Part shown: in pieces, positions 27,877-37,350 of the stretch
How positions within the stretch are numbered: the stretch's first letter is position 1
Layout of the letters: the number at the start of each line of letters is the position of its first letter
DNA from: Giardia intestinalis
Taxonomy: Eukaryota
DNA: 64,000 bases
Assembly (NCBI GenBank): GCA_000002435.2
Contig: CM018789.1
Direction: 5' to 3' (one strand)
Notes under the pieces: model-generated
Seen by the model: the letters and a program-made list of their open reading frames with translations, nothing else
Database searches by the model: none
Told to the model about the DNA's origin: nothing
Program-made: the position numbers and the translations under genes

Positions 27877-30800
27877 TCACCACTGACCCTGGCCCTCCTG
27901 GCCGTTGTTGTAGTAGGAGGCTTGGGTGTCGTAGCCATATGACTGGCCGTACCCATTATTGTGATCACCATAAGCGCTGCTTCCATAGTCCTGCCCATGC
28001 TGATACTGATCAGTTTGATATCCTTGGTAATATCCTTGCTGATACGGATCATTATTCCCTGAATTGTCATAATGAGTACCATAGTTACCCTGGTCATGCT
28101 GCTCAGGCGGTGAGACCTCCGCAGGGCCAACGTCGTAGACCGGTAGCGAAGATGTATCAGCTGCGGGCTCTTTAGGCTTGTCTGCCTCCTCCTTGGCTGC
28201 CGGATCATTGAAGGCCGGCTTAAACATGGGCTTGCCAAAGCCAAACCCTGTCTGGACGCCGCCCACAACCTTCAGGTTATACCCCCCAGCCACTGCACCC
28301 GTTGCAGCCGGATTGAATTTGCGTGCATTCTCATTGCTCATGATTGCTATCTTGCGGGTTGGCTTCTTCGCTGTCTCGCCCCAATCGTCGTCGTCGTCTC
28401 CTGCTACGAGCTGCCTCTTGGCTCCTGCCGGTTTCACCGCTGTCTTATTGGGCGACGATCCCTCTGGTGCTGAGGTTGGAGTCACCTCAGGAGACGTTGG
28501 AGCCTCTGTCGTAGCAGCGCTAGTGTCGTCCTGCTTGGGATTCGTGGTGTCCCCGCCAGCCTGCCTTGCCGCTTCTTGGGCCTCCTCTGCGTCCTGAGCC
28601 TCTTCTTCTGATTCATTTGATTCTTCTTCGTACTCCTCGACCTCATCGTTAACTTGCTCTGCCTGGCCCACATCGAAGGGAAGAGGCTGCCCGTCAGGGC
28701 CAATCATCTCCTTCTTCTTCTTGATCTTTTTAACCTTGACGTGCATTCCGTCCACGTCAAACATGAAGCAACCTATGTTGCAGGCAGACATGAGTGGAAC
28801 GGTTTGAGCAGAAGGCGTGCCAAGAAGCTTGTGGGCAGGGTTGATGAAAGGCCCGTCACCAACGTCAGCGAGGCTCCCGGCGCTAATGCGGTCATCTGCC
28901 ACAGGGCGAGCGGCAATCCCAACCTTCACGCGATTCTTGCCCAGCTCGCTCTGAATTCTCAGGTGTACCAAAACAGACAAGGCATCGGGTTGATATTGCC
29001 TGAAGAGCTTCTTGGGGTACACAGACTCGTTGCTAGCGTAGTCCAATGACCGAATTGGCCTGGCTACATGTTGGAATAGGGAATTCACGCTCGTGTGACT
29101 AGCAGAGTTGAGGAGGTCCATCTCACAAATTCGATAGAGATCGTACGGAGACGGGCGGATAATGGAGTTTTCAATTGCCGTGAAAGAGTCTCCTCCCAGC
29201 TTAATGACAAGCGGATCTGGCTTAATCCCCTTTGGATTAGCGACACCTACAAGCATTCCTGTAGACGGATCTATGCCAAATACGTGGAACAGGGCCGTAT
29301 TGATGCCAATTATTTTCGCATCGGGCCCCCTAGCTCCTGCAGGAATAAACGGCGTGTCCAGCGCCCCAGACACCGCAGATCCTAGTGACTTATCTGTGTT
29401 GGAATATCGTTGCCCATCGACATTATCAATAAACCTAATGGCTGCAGCTGGAGAGAGATGCATATCCTTTACAATCGAATTGCGGACCTTCTCAAGGTAC
29501 TGCAGTATAGACTGAACAGATATGTTGCATGCGAGGAGCGTCAGACAGAGCTCGCAGTAAGCGTTTCTTTCCTCGAAGAGACAAATCAGAGAGCCGATAA
29601 GGAGGAAAGAGATCTCTCCATTCTCAGTGTATACCCCTATGTTCTTGGTGAGCGAAGTCTGTATAGACGGAGATAGTCCCATAGCCGAGGACGAGCGAAC
29701 GAGGTCAAACAAGTCAGCATTCATGGTCCCACCAGAATTGAAGAAGGTCTTGTTAGCTGAGAGGAAGTAGACCACTAACAGCATGAGGTGCTTATTAGCA
29801 TAGCTAAGCTTAACAAGGTTGCTGAAGAGGTTGAAGAGAATCTGGCCGCGAGACTGCGCAGACAGGAGCAGGTTATTTGTGTGGTATGTAAAGAGGTATG
29901 GCAAGGCCAGAAGGAACGGTGCAAGCATCTGTTTAGCGATACAAACAGAGAATATCTTCATAAGCGTCTTCTCGTGCTTCTCGTGGTGCTCAAAGAACTC
30001 CTTCGAACGGGCCAAATCGGCATATCTCTTTAGGAAGAGAATAAGAAAGTCTGCCAGGTTCGGAATATTCATCTTCGACGCTCCGCCCATAGTTTCTGAC
30101 AGTTGAATAAAGGTGAGAGTGAACACCTCCGGGTTGATATCACACGATGGCTGCAGCATGTGCATGAGCTTATTACAATAATAACACGCCTTGAACGGCA
30201 GTAAGGGGTAAAGCTCGCTCTGATTCAGCATATCAGTAGAAGCTCCTGCTCCCAAGGCGCCAATCTGCAGCTTGAACGCCTGAATCTCGTGCTCGCCGGC
30301 TTTTGTTCTTTTCCCGAAAAGCGAAAGATAAGGGCCGTGGACCGGGATTGCTATGTACTGGAGCAGCGTGTTCTTGGGGGTAATCAAGTACACGTTTTTG
30401 TTGGTGACAACAATGTGGTTGGAGGCCTGCACGTCAACAACCAACTCACGGTACTTCCTGGCCATGTCCTCGTCGGACGCAAAAGTTGTTTGGATGATTC
30501 TATTCTTAGAAAAGTCGCTACTAAACGCCAGAACACCCTGCTGAACATGGACGTGGAGCCATTCGATGTACTGCTGATAGACCACGCAGATCCCGTTGCT
30601 TACGAGCAGATCAACAGAGTTATCGGAGACTATCCTCATCAGATAGTTGGACGAGCTCAGGTAGTGGGTACTAAGAGATTGCTTTACCAGATTAACTGCA
30701 CATCCGGTAAGGGTAACCGCTGCAAGATGAATCGCCTTGGACGAAGCTATCACAAGTTGCGCCATTGTGGACGTGATAGCAACAATTTTGCAGACGTAGT

Positions 30801-32847
30801 AATCAGTTGTTATGTCCCTGGTGACCACACCGTCGTTGATGACCTCTGTCTTTGTGATAGGTGCGACCGGAGCAGGAGTAGACGGCGTCGGAGCGGCAGC
30901 CGGGGCAGAAGCAGCGCCAGGTATGAGCGGGGCTACACCCTTTGTCGCTGCCGCGGGTCCTAATGCAGGGTTCAACACCGCAGAAGACGGACCAGAAGAT
31001 CCCGGTTGAAGAGTGCCTGTGCCTGGCTGCTTTGTCATGAAGGCCCCAGTGCCACCGCCGAGGCCAGGGCCCTGGAAACTGAATCCGGCGCCTCCGGCTG
31101 GTTTTCCCATGCTAAACCCCGGGCGGGGGCCCATTCCCATTCCCATGCCCACTCCGGTGACTGCAGGCTGCGCCGGAGACCCACCAGCTACCGCTGCCGC
31201 GTCAGCGATCACTTGTTGATGTGTTGGAGGAGGACCCCGAGCAGACATGTGACCTGAAGATTGTTGTTGGACTGAAACCACGCCATCCCCCTTTCCGATA
31301 GAGTTAGCTGGAACGTCGACAACCTGGATCTGGAGCGGAGCGGACACGCCTACCGTCACGTCGAGACAATAGCCACATATCCCCTTTTCCGAGGCGGTAA
31401 GGAAGAAGCAGCGGGTCTCTACCCTGCCAAAGCTGACAATGGAGTCGTACTCAAACCCAGACTCATCAAGATCAAGAGGCCACACCTTAAACAGCGCGCC
31501 TGTATTCTTGTCAACATCTATGACAAAATACGACCAATCTTCTTTGATCAGAAGCCGAGCCAATATGCCATGCCCATCGTAAGCAACCTTGACGTCATAA
31601 AGATCCGAAAATAAGAGGTTTTTGTTACATTGCTGGGCGATGATCTTAATGATCCCTTCTCGGCTCGGATAAGAAGTCACATCGATCACTTGGGCACTTG
31701 GAAGCTCAATGGCAGGAACCTTACAGTCTCTATAAGTTGCGTCGAAGAGGAACCCATTTATGAGGACGATTCCATTTGGCTGCTGGAGCTTCGCGGGTAT
31801 AACCTCATCACCAGAAGAAGACGGATTAAAATATGTCAGCTCAATGTCTGGGGAAGATCCAAAATCGAACATGGCAGAGGTTGAAAGATGGTACATGAAG
31901 GTGTGATGCGCAGGGGTATTTGCAGAATGAGAAGTCTTAACGAAGACAGGAGTACGCATCCCATAGATGTACTGTGCTACCTCGCCATTAATGTCGCAAA
32001 ACGATATCCCGTGTGGTGTCGCAAGCATAAATCGCTGAGCATACATGTTGTATCCAATAACTCTGGCCCCTGCCAAGCTAGGTGACGTGTTGAGCACCCT
32101 CTTCATATTGAAGGGCGGGTTGTACACTTCCTTGCTGCACTGAGCCGTTAGTGAATAAAGGCCCTTATCGTCAGAGAAAATAAAATGGTTGTCGTACGGG
32201 CAATATGAGATAAGGCAGTATTCGGACTCCTTGATCTTTAAGGTTTTGGAGTTAGTGACACGTTCGTCCTTCTGGGAAATTGGCCACACTATAATATGTC
32301 GAGCGTTCTTCACTCGAGCTATAGCCACAAGTCTCTCTGAAGAAGAGGTCATAGAGAGGACGCCATCGCTCGCACGCTCGTCTGGAAACTTGTACTTAAT
32401 TACGAAGGGGATGGCCGAGCCAGGCCGAATGCGAATCTCACGGATTGACTTTGAAACCTTTGTGTTGAAAAAGACAGACCCCACAGAAGCCGGATCAACC
32501 TTTGCTATCAAGATGAACATCGGAGGCCCGTCCTCAAAGGCAGCAGGGACGGATGCGATGAGGCGGCCAGTATGAGACTCGTAGACGCTAATGACCCCGT
32601 CAGTGGTAATGCTAAAGAGAGAGTCTCCCAAGAACTGGAGATGCATGACTTGGTTACCGGTGGTAGGGTATGCAAAGAGACGCTTGTTAGACAGAAGAGA
32701 AAATGCAAAAAGCCGTGAACCCGACGAGTAGGCAACAAGGTCCTTATCCACGTGAGCGGTGAGAAGGGCGCTCGCGTCCGGTTTAAAGCCCAAGTTGAGT
32801 TCGACCTGGGAGAACAGCACCGACATTTTTTGAAAACCTTTGACCAT
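27877..32847 (-). CDS. Very large protein (~1656 aa): N-terminal beta-propeller/WD-like region, Gly/Met/Phe-Gly low-complexity linker, helical body, acidic stretch, and Q/Y/G-rich prion-like C-terminal tail. Function unknown; could be a coat- or nucleoporin-like protein.
   Basis: GVGMGMGMGPRPGFSMGKPAGGAGFSFQGPG and FGFGKPMFKPAFN (FG-like). EEYEEESNESEEEAQDAEEAQEA acidic stretch. C-terminal YQQGYYQGYQTDQYQHGQDYGSSAYGDHNNGYGQSYGYDTQASYY. The track start at 32940 is GTG; the first ATGs are at 32847 (MVKGF) and 32826 (MSVLF). Confidence 0.5.
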   Translation of the reverse strand: MVKGFQKMSVLFSQVELNLGFKPDASALLTAHVDKDLVAYSSGSRLFAFSLLSNKRLFAYPTTGNQVMHLQFLGDSLFSITTDGVISVYESHTGRLIASVPAAFEDGPPMFILIAKVDPASVGSVFFNTKVSKSIREIRIRPGSAIPFVIKYKFPDERASDGVLSMTSSSERLVAIARVKNARHIIVWPISQKDERVTNSKTLKIKESEYCLISYCPYDNHFIFSDDKGLYSLTAQCSKEVYNPPFNMKRVLNTSPSLAGARVIGYNMYAQRFMLATPHGISFCDINGEVAQYIYGMRTPVFVKTSHSANTPAHHTFMYHLSTSAMFDFGSSPDIELTYFNPSSSGDEVIPAKLQQPNGIVLINGFLFDATYRDCKVPAIELPSAQVIDVTSYPSREGIIKIIAQQCNKNLLFSDLYDVKVAYDGHGILARLLIKEDWSYFVIDVDKNTGALFKVWPLDLDESGFEYDSIVSFGRVETRCFFLTASEKGICGYCLDVTVGVSAPLQIQVVDVPANSIGKGDGVVSVQQQSSGHMSARGPPPTHQQVIADAAAVAGGSPAQPAVTGVGMGMGMGPRPGFSMGKPAGGAGFSFQGPGLGGGTGAFMTKQPGTGTLQPGSSGPSSAVLNPALGPAAATKGVAPLIPGAASAPAAAPTPSTPAPVAPITKTEVINDGVVTRDITTDYYVCKIVAITSTMAQLVIASSKAIHLAAVTLTGCAVNLVKQSLSTHYLSSSNYLMRIVSDNSVDLLVSNGICVVYQQYIEWLHVHVQQGVLAFSSDFSKNRIIQTTFASDEDMARKYRELVVDVQASNHIVVTNKNVYLITPKNTLLQYIAIPVHGPYLSLFGKRTKAGEHEIQAFKLQIGALGAGASTDMLNQSELYPLLPFKACYYCNKLMHMLQPSCDINPEVFTLTFIQLSETMGGASKMNIPNLADFLILFLKRYADLARSKEFFEHHEKHEKTLMKIFSVCIAKQMLAPFLLALPYLFTYHTNNLLLSAQSRGQILFNLFSNLVKLSYANKHLMLLVVYFLSANKTFFNSGGTMNADLFDLVRSSSAMGLSPSIQTSLTKNIGVYTENGEISFLLIGSLICLFEERNAYCELCLTLLACNISVQSILQYLEKVRNSIVKDMHLSPAAAIRFIDNVDGQRYSNTDKSLGSAVSGALDTPFIPAGARGPDAKIIGINTALFHVFGIDPSTGMLVGVANPKGIKPDPLVIKLGGDSFTAIENSIIRPSPYDLYRICEMDLLNSASHTSVNSLFQHVARPIRSLDYASNESVYPKKLFRQYQPDALSVLVHLRIQSELGKNRVKVGIAARPVADDRISAGSLADVGDGPFINPAHKLLGTPSAQTVPLMSACNIGCFMFDVDGMHVKVKKIKKKKEMIGPDGQPLPFDVGQAEQVNDEVEEYEEESNESEEEAQDAEEAQEAARQAGGDTTNPKQDDTSAATTEAPTSPEVTPTSAPEGSSPNKTAVKPAGAKRQLVAGDDDDDWGETAKKPTRKIAIMSNENARKFNPAATGAVAGGYNLKVVGGVQTGFGFGKPMFKPAFNDPAAKEEADKPKEPAADTSSLPVYDVGPAEVSPPEQHDQGNYGTHYDNSGNNDPYQQGYYQGYQTDQYQHGQDYGSSAYGDHNNGYGQSYGYDTQASYYNNGQEGQGQW

Positions 32848-32855
32848 AAAAGAGC

Positions 32856-33377
32856 ATGCATCCCGCACACATGTGGGAGGACAAGGCGTACGTTGATCAG
32901 GCGTCAAAGATGTACGAAGAATCTGCAAAGCCGCAAACACATCCCACCTATTACGGGATTCCTGAGTATGGCTCCTCGGTGGAGCACGTTGGCGGGCTAT
33001 CCACTGTCGAGACCATGCAGTCTAGAGCTCTGCGCTCATTACCGGCCCCTACTTATCATCCCCCGGGATACTCCGGGGTACCTCCGCTCTTGAAGCAGCC
33101 CTTTCCTTGGGGGGACGTCAATGAACGCCTCGTGGCGATAGAGCTGGGTATGCACGGGGGAGACGAAGGCTATGTGGCCTCACTGGTAAACGAATTCAAA
33201 CCATGGTTTCTGGCTCTCCGTAAGAGGTGCCCCGTGAAAGATCTCACCCGTTTAACCGAGCTCGATACGCGCCTCATGGCCATTGAAGAGTGGCTTGGAA
33301 AGTACACAAACCCCGGTGCGTTTGGGTATTCGGCCCCGCACTACGTGAAAATGATGTCCACCTCGGTGAGTAAATGA
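32856..33377 (+). CDS. Hypothetical small protein (173 aa)
   Basis: ATG preceded by AT-rich tttttgaaaacctttgaccataaaagagc. Protein-like composition. Divergent from the large gene, with start codons only 8 bp apart. Confidence 0.3.
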   Translation: MHPAHMWEDKAYVDQASKMYEESAKPQTHPTYYGIPEYGSSVEHVGGLSTVETMQSRALRSLPAPTYHPPGYSGVPPLLKQPFPWGDVNERLVAIELGMHGGDEGYVASLVNEFKPWFLALRKRCPVKDLTRLTELDTRLMAIEEWLGKYTNPGAFGYSAPHYVKMMSTSVSK

Positions 33378-33416
33378 CCGATTACCAAAAAAAGGGTCGG
33401 ATTGAAAGAGCCGCCT

Positions 33417-36400
33417 ATGATTGGGTTCGCTTCTAGGCAGGAGAGGAGTATTGTTCTGGGGGACCAGCATCTCTACTGGACCATCATACGTAATCCAGGT
33501 TTCCTTTCCCCCCTTGATCATGCCATTCAGTCGGCAGACATCCTCCGTTTACTTAAGACCCAAGGCTTTCTGCAAGCTTTAGAAACAGAGCAGGATAGTG
33601 TAATAGCATTTCTTACTACGAGGCATAGCATTCATATGATCCTAAGCACACTGCTTCAGGACATTCAGCCGCCACTAAGGGCTATTACAAAGCTGTCAGA
33701 GGCATGCCCTAGGTCTAAATATACGGAAGCTGATATCATTGCCATAGATAATCTACTTCAGACTGCGCGGTTTGGCACCAAGTTTTACGACGTCCTTCTG
33801 CGTTCTGAGGAGCTCCCCAAGTTCTTTAGCCGTTGGGTAGAAAGCGATATGTGCCTAATTCCCCGTCAATCTGAGCGATTTGCATCCTTTATTAAGTATA
33901 TCGTCTGGCACGAAAGCCGTCGCATGCAATTCATTGAAGTCCTTTCTTCCGCCTTGTCCAAGCCGCAGTGGGACAGCCTTCTTATGTGCACTTGTAACCA
34001 CCATGTGGTAGACTCTCTCACTGCAATCTTCCAAATCTGCATGCCTCTTGGCGATACCGATACTGATAAGACCCTTGCAGCTCGGGCTTATGCAGTCATA
34101 GGGCCCCACTTTCAACTCAATGATGTTCTAGTGTGCGAGCTTGCTCGCTGCATAGAACGCGGGAGTGTTGGCTACCTTGAGTCGATGAGATTCGAGAGCC
34201 TCTGCGCGTTCATTTCCGAAATGATACCCTACAATCATCCCCTACTGCAGTCCAGCTTTTATAGCTGTATCTGTACCCTGGCTCAGTTTCTTTTTCGAGA
34301 TAGCCTGGTGATAACAGAGTCCAACGAGTACGTTCATGCCACTCTAAACGCGATTGGAACGACAGTTGTTTCAGCGATGAGCTTTCTTATGCGGTCTACA
34401 CACAGCTACTTACGGAAGCCTGAGGTGATCGCTGAAGTCCAAAGCCTACTCTGTCAATACAGCAATTCCCAAGAGTTGTATACTTCGAAAAGAAGCAATA
34501 GAACTCCGCAGCTGAACGATAAAAAGTATCATGCAGTAGATTACCGAGCTGCCACCAGTTCCTTTTCGGTGAATTCTACGATAATGGATAGCTCTGATTT
34601 GGAGCGATGTTTACGGTCTAGTGTTGAACCTTCCAAGAAGGTGTCTAGATTAACAAGTCCATTTGTTAGGCGTTTACAGAACAAGGTGCATAGTGGTGCT
34701 GATTCTAGAGAGAGCTCAGCATCCCTGTGCCTCACCCTCACACGGTTGCAGCCAGCTGTTCTCGACCAACTTCAAGCAATGATACCGCACGCATCTGTGC
34801 TCTCTATGCTTTGGGATCTTTTTTCTGATAAAAATGAGCAGCTTGTCGAGTATTGCTACGCTAATTATGTCAAATATATCTTGCACTTTTATGAAGACGA
34901 CGAGAACCATATAGGACGGATCCGTCAAAGCCTAGAGTCTACCCTTTCTACAACAGGCTTTTCAAGCAGTGAGAAGAGCGTGTCGGACTACGAGTCTAAA
35001 CTAAGTTATCAGTCAGCAGATTGTACCTATGAGAAAAGTGAGTCTTCTAGGTCAGCTGCTGCTACGTACCATCCTGTTATAGGCAGACCTGTCAACCGTG
35101 TATTAACAGCGTCGTCTGCGGTCAGTGATATCGGTCAACCTTTTGTAGATGCAGGTGCAACAGCAATTCACACGGCAGAGCCTGTCATTGATCATAGAGA
35201 CCAGTCCTATCTCTGTGCTAGCCCACCGATCTCACACTCCCGGTCTCTCTCATATGCAGGGAAAGGCAAATTTAAGGGTCTCCGTCGGCCAGAGAAAGAC
35301 GGCTTCTCGCTTTCAAATAATAGCTTCACCAACATATACAGACTCAGCAACCAATGCGAGCAGTCATCCTTCGATCAGGTCTTCCCCTCAGATGAAGATT
35401 CAAACCGGCGACAAAGATCCGCCACTAGATCAAAACCGATCAAGCCCAAGAAGCTTTTATCACGATACAACCCTTTTATAAAGGCTCACAGAACTGACTA
35501 TCTCCGTGGCCTACAGGAAGAGCTAAACCAGACTTGCCAACTCTTTCTCAACAAGACTCCGGAGCCCCTTCAGCTCTCTCTTATCATCCGTCTCAACTAC
35601 CTAGCACGCATCTTATCCATTGTAGCAGATGTGCGTTGCTTGCAATACTTTACTTCTTCAGATAGGGAGCCGATTTCCGCATTCAACAACTCGGTACGGC
35701 AGCCGGATGAGTCTATAGGCTATATGGCCAACTACTCGGCTGAGCTCCCGCCGACGGCAGAGTGTGGTTGTGGAGGACCATCAGAAGTCTTATTGAGAGA
35801 TCTCTTTGACTTCTACGATAGTTATCAAATGCCATATAGTCCTTTAGAGTTGTCTGCTCAACTTCTCAAGATAAAGCACCTCTTCCCATTGATTGACTGT
35901 CTCGGGCCAGTATACAGAAACTCCCATATGGTGAACTTATTAGCCAATCGCTTTCGGTATTGCGCGCTGGACCTTAGCACATTCTATCCAGAGCTGCTTG
36001 GGATCCTGTTCCCTCTTACCGTTGAGAGATATGATAGCTTTACGGCAGCAATTGCCATGTCCTCTTCTCCTGAACTAAGACGCTCTACCTTCTGTGCCCA
36101 TCTCTTGAGCAGCGTCAGAGCCATGTTGCGAAAGGCAGCAGGAATCACCGATGAGGATCTATACAAGAGCCGCTTTGTACAGCTCCAAACCTTTGCGACC
36201 ACGTTGAATATTGCACCAGAGCCTGCTACCGATTTCCCGATAACTCCTGTGGCCCCTACCAAACACCTCCGAGGGTTCACTGACTCTCAGCTTGGAAGGG
36301 GGGCAAAAAGAGCTTCTGGAGAGGTCCGCTCAATGGTGCAGTCAACTCTGCAAATGGATAGGAAACCATCGCGGTCTATCTTAGGCATGTGCGGAAGGTC

Positions 36401-37229
36401 TGATCGATACCAGAACAGTAGCATAGACTTTACCCAGTCTGAACTAATTTCCGTAAGCAGCCCCACACAACAGCACCGTACAGGAAAGCGAGAAATGGGC
36501 CTGCCGTCTAATAATGTAGAGGATTCTTCCCTCAACTTCGCCACCAATTCTATTGCAGAGTGGGAGAACGTCAAGTCTCCCAGCTCATCTGCTCGCAAGA
36601 AGAAGTCCATGAAGTTCGGGCTTTCATTGGATCTTCCATCCGATCCTAATCCGCCGAGAGAGGTAGTGGTCCCATGGACTGTCAAAGAACTCTTTGATAT
36701 CATACGCGATAGCAAAGTATCTACCGATGCTATCGATCGGAGGTGCCTTGACATATGTATGAAGCGGAAGGATGTTCAGCTACTTAACAAGCTCTACTTA
36801 AATACTGCCTGCAAGCAACGAAACTTTGCAGATGATCATGGCAACTTCATGTCTGCTATGCTTTCGTACAATCGCCCCGATAGCGCAGAAGATGAACAGC
36901 AAAGCATCTTCACGGAGTCCTTCATCTTGGAAGTTCGTGAAAAGAGACAGAGGAGCCGAGAGCCCAAAACACAATTACCGACCACAGCCCAGCAAATTAA
37001 AGCCCAAAGGGAGATCGACCTCGACACGCTCTTATCCGATTCTGTAATTAGAATTGGAACCAACTCTACAGACAATCCTCAGAAGCTATCAGTCACAGGA
37101 AGCACACTGCGGCTAACAACCCAGGAGAAGAGCGGCGAAGACCCACCTGTTTGCGTGCGGCGTCTAACACATAACGATGATAGCGACTACCTTAATATGT
37201 TCAAGGATATTTGTGACGAGCAGGCCTAG
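33417..37229 (+). CDS. SAPS-domain-like protein (PP6/Sit4 phosphatase regulatory-subunit-like), paralog A of a tandem array
   Basis: N-terminus LYWTIIRNPGFLSPLDHAIQSADILRLLKTQGFLQALETEQDSVIAFL parallels paralog B and the SAPS N-terminal block (FWKF...LL..E.VTL.EL.DEDDILQECKAQN.KLLDFL). The track start at 33402 is TTG; the first ATG is at 33417, after an A7 run. Confidence 0.45.
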   Translation: MIGFASRQERSIVLGDQHLYWTIIRNPGFLSPLDHAIQSADILRLLKTQGFLQALETEQDSVIAFLTTRHSIHMILSTLLQDIQPPLRAITKLSEACPRSKYTEADIIAIDNLLQTARFGTKFYDVLLRSEELPKFFSRWVESDMCLIPRQSERFASFIKYIVWHESRRMQFIEVLSSALSKPQWDSLLMCTCNHHVVDSLTAIFQICMPLGDTDTDKTLAARAYAVIGPHFQLNDVLVCELARCIERGSVGYLESMRFESLCAFISEMIPYNHPLLQSSFYSCICTLAQFLFRDSLVITESNEYVHATLNAIGTTVVSAMSFLMRSTHSYLRKPEVIAEVQSLLCQYSNSQELYTSKRSNRTPQLNDKKYHAVDYRAATSSFSVNSTIMDSSDLERCLRSSVEPSKKVSRLTSPFVRRLQNKVHSGADSRESSASLCLTLTRLQPAVLDQLQAMIPHASVLSMLWDLFSDKNEQLVEYCYANYVKYILHFYEDDENHIGRIRQSLESTLSTTGFSSSEKSVSDYESKLSYQSADCTYEKSESSRSAAATYHPVIGRPVNRVLTASSAVSDIGQPFVDAGATAIHTAEPVIDHRDQSYLCASPPISHSRSLSYAGKGKFKGLRRPEKDGFSLSNNSFTNIYRLSNQCEQSSFDQVFPSDEDSNRRQRSATRSKPIKPKKLLSRYNPFIKAHRTDYLRGLQEELNQTCQLFLNKTPEPLQLSLIIRLNYLARILSIVADVRCLQYFTSSDREPISAFNNSVRQPDESIGYMANYSAELPPTAECGCGGPSEVLLRDLFDFYDSYQMPYSPLELSAQLLKIKHLFPLIDCLGPVYRNSHMVNLLANRFRYCALDLSTFYPELLGILFPLTVERYDSFTAAIAMSSSPELRRSTFCAHLLSSVRAMLRKAAGITDEDLYKSRFVQLQTFATTLNIAPEPATDFPITPVAPTKHLRGFTDSQLGRGAKRASGEVRSMVQSTLQMDRKPSRSILGMCGRSDRYQNSSIDFTQSELISVSSPTQQHRTGKREMGLPSNNVEDSSLNFATNSIAEWENVKSPSSSARKKKSMKFGLSLDLPSDPNPPREVVVPWTVKELFDIIRDSKVSTDAIDRRCLDICMKRKDVQLLNKLYLNTACKQRNFADDHGNFMSAMLSYNRPDSAEDEQQSIFTESFILEVREKRQRSREPKTQLPTTAQQIKAQREIDLDTLLSDSVIRIGTNSTDNPQKLSVTGSTLRLTTQEKSGEDPPVCVRRLTHNDDSDYLNMFKDICDEQA

Positions 37230-37246
37230 TGCTGTCTCAGACACGT

Positions 37247-37253
37247 AGAGTAA
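37247..37253 (+). terminator. Putative polyadenylation signal AGTAAAT 18 nt after the paralog A stop
   Basis: AGTRAAY-class motif. Confidence 0.35.
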
Positions 37254-37350
37254 ATCGATATACAAATAAATCTAGGCATTCAAACATTCCTTAAAATTTG
37301 CCCACTGACTAAGAAAAAACACAAGAAAATACAAGTCATAGGGAGGCCAT

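Noticed and set aside
27822-28268. 148-aa minus ORF overlapping the 3' end of the large gene in another frame
   Set aside because: Alternative frame of the Q/Y/G-rich tail region. The in-frame tail of the 1656-aa protein explains the sequence.
27877-32847. Idea that the large WD-propeller protein next to kinesin-2 is an IFT-A/B subunit (IFT172/140-like)
   Set aside because: Size and propeller-plus-solenoid layout are compatible, but the FG/GM low-complexity linker, acidic block and YGQ tail are not IFT features, and no IFT-specific motif is visible. Left as unknown.
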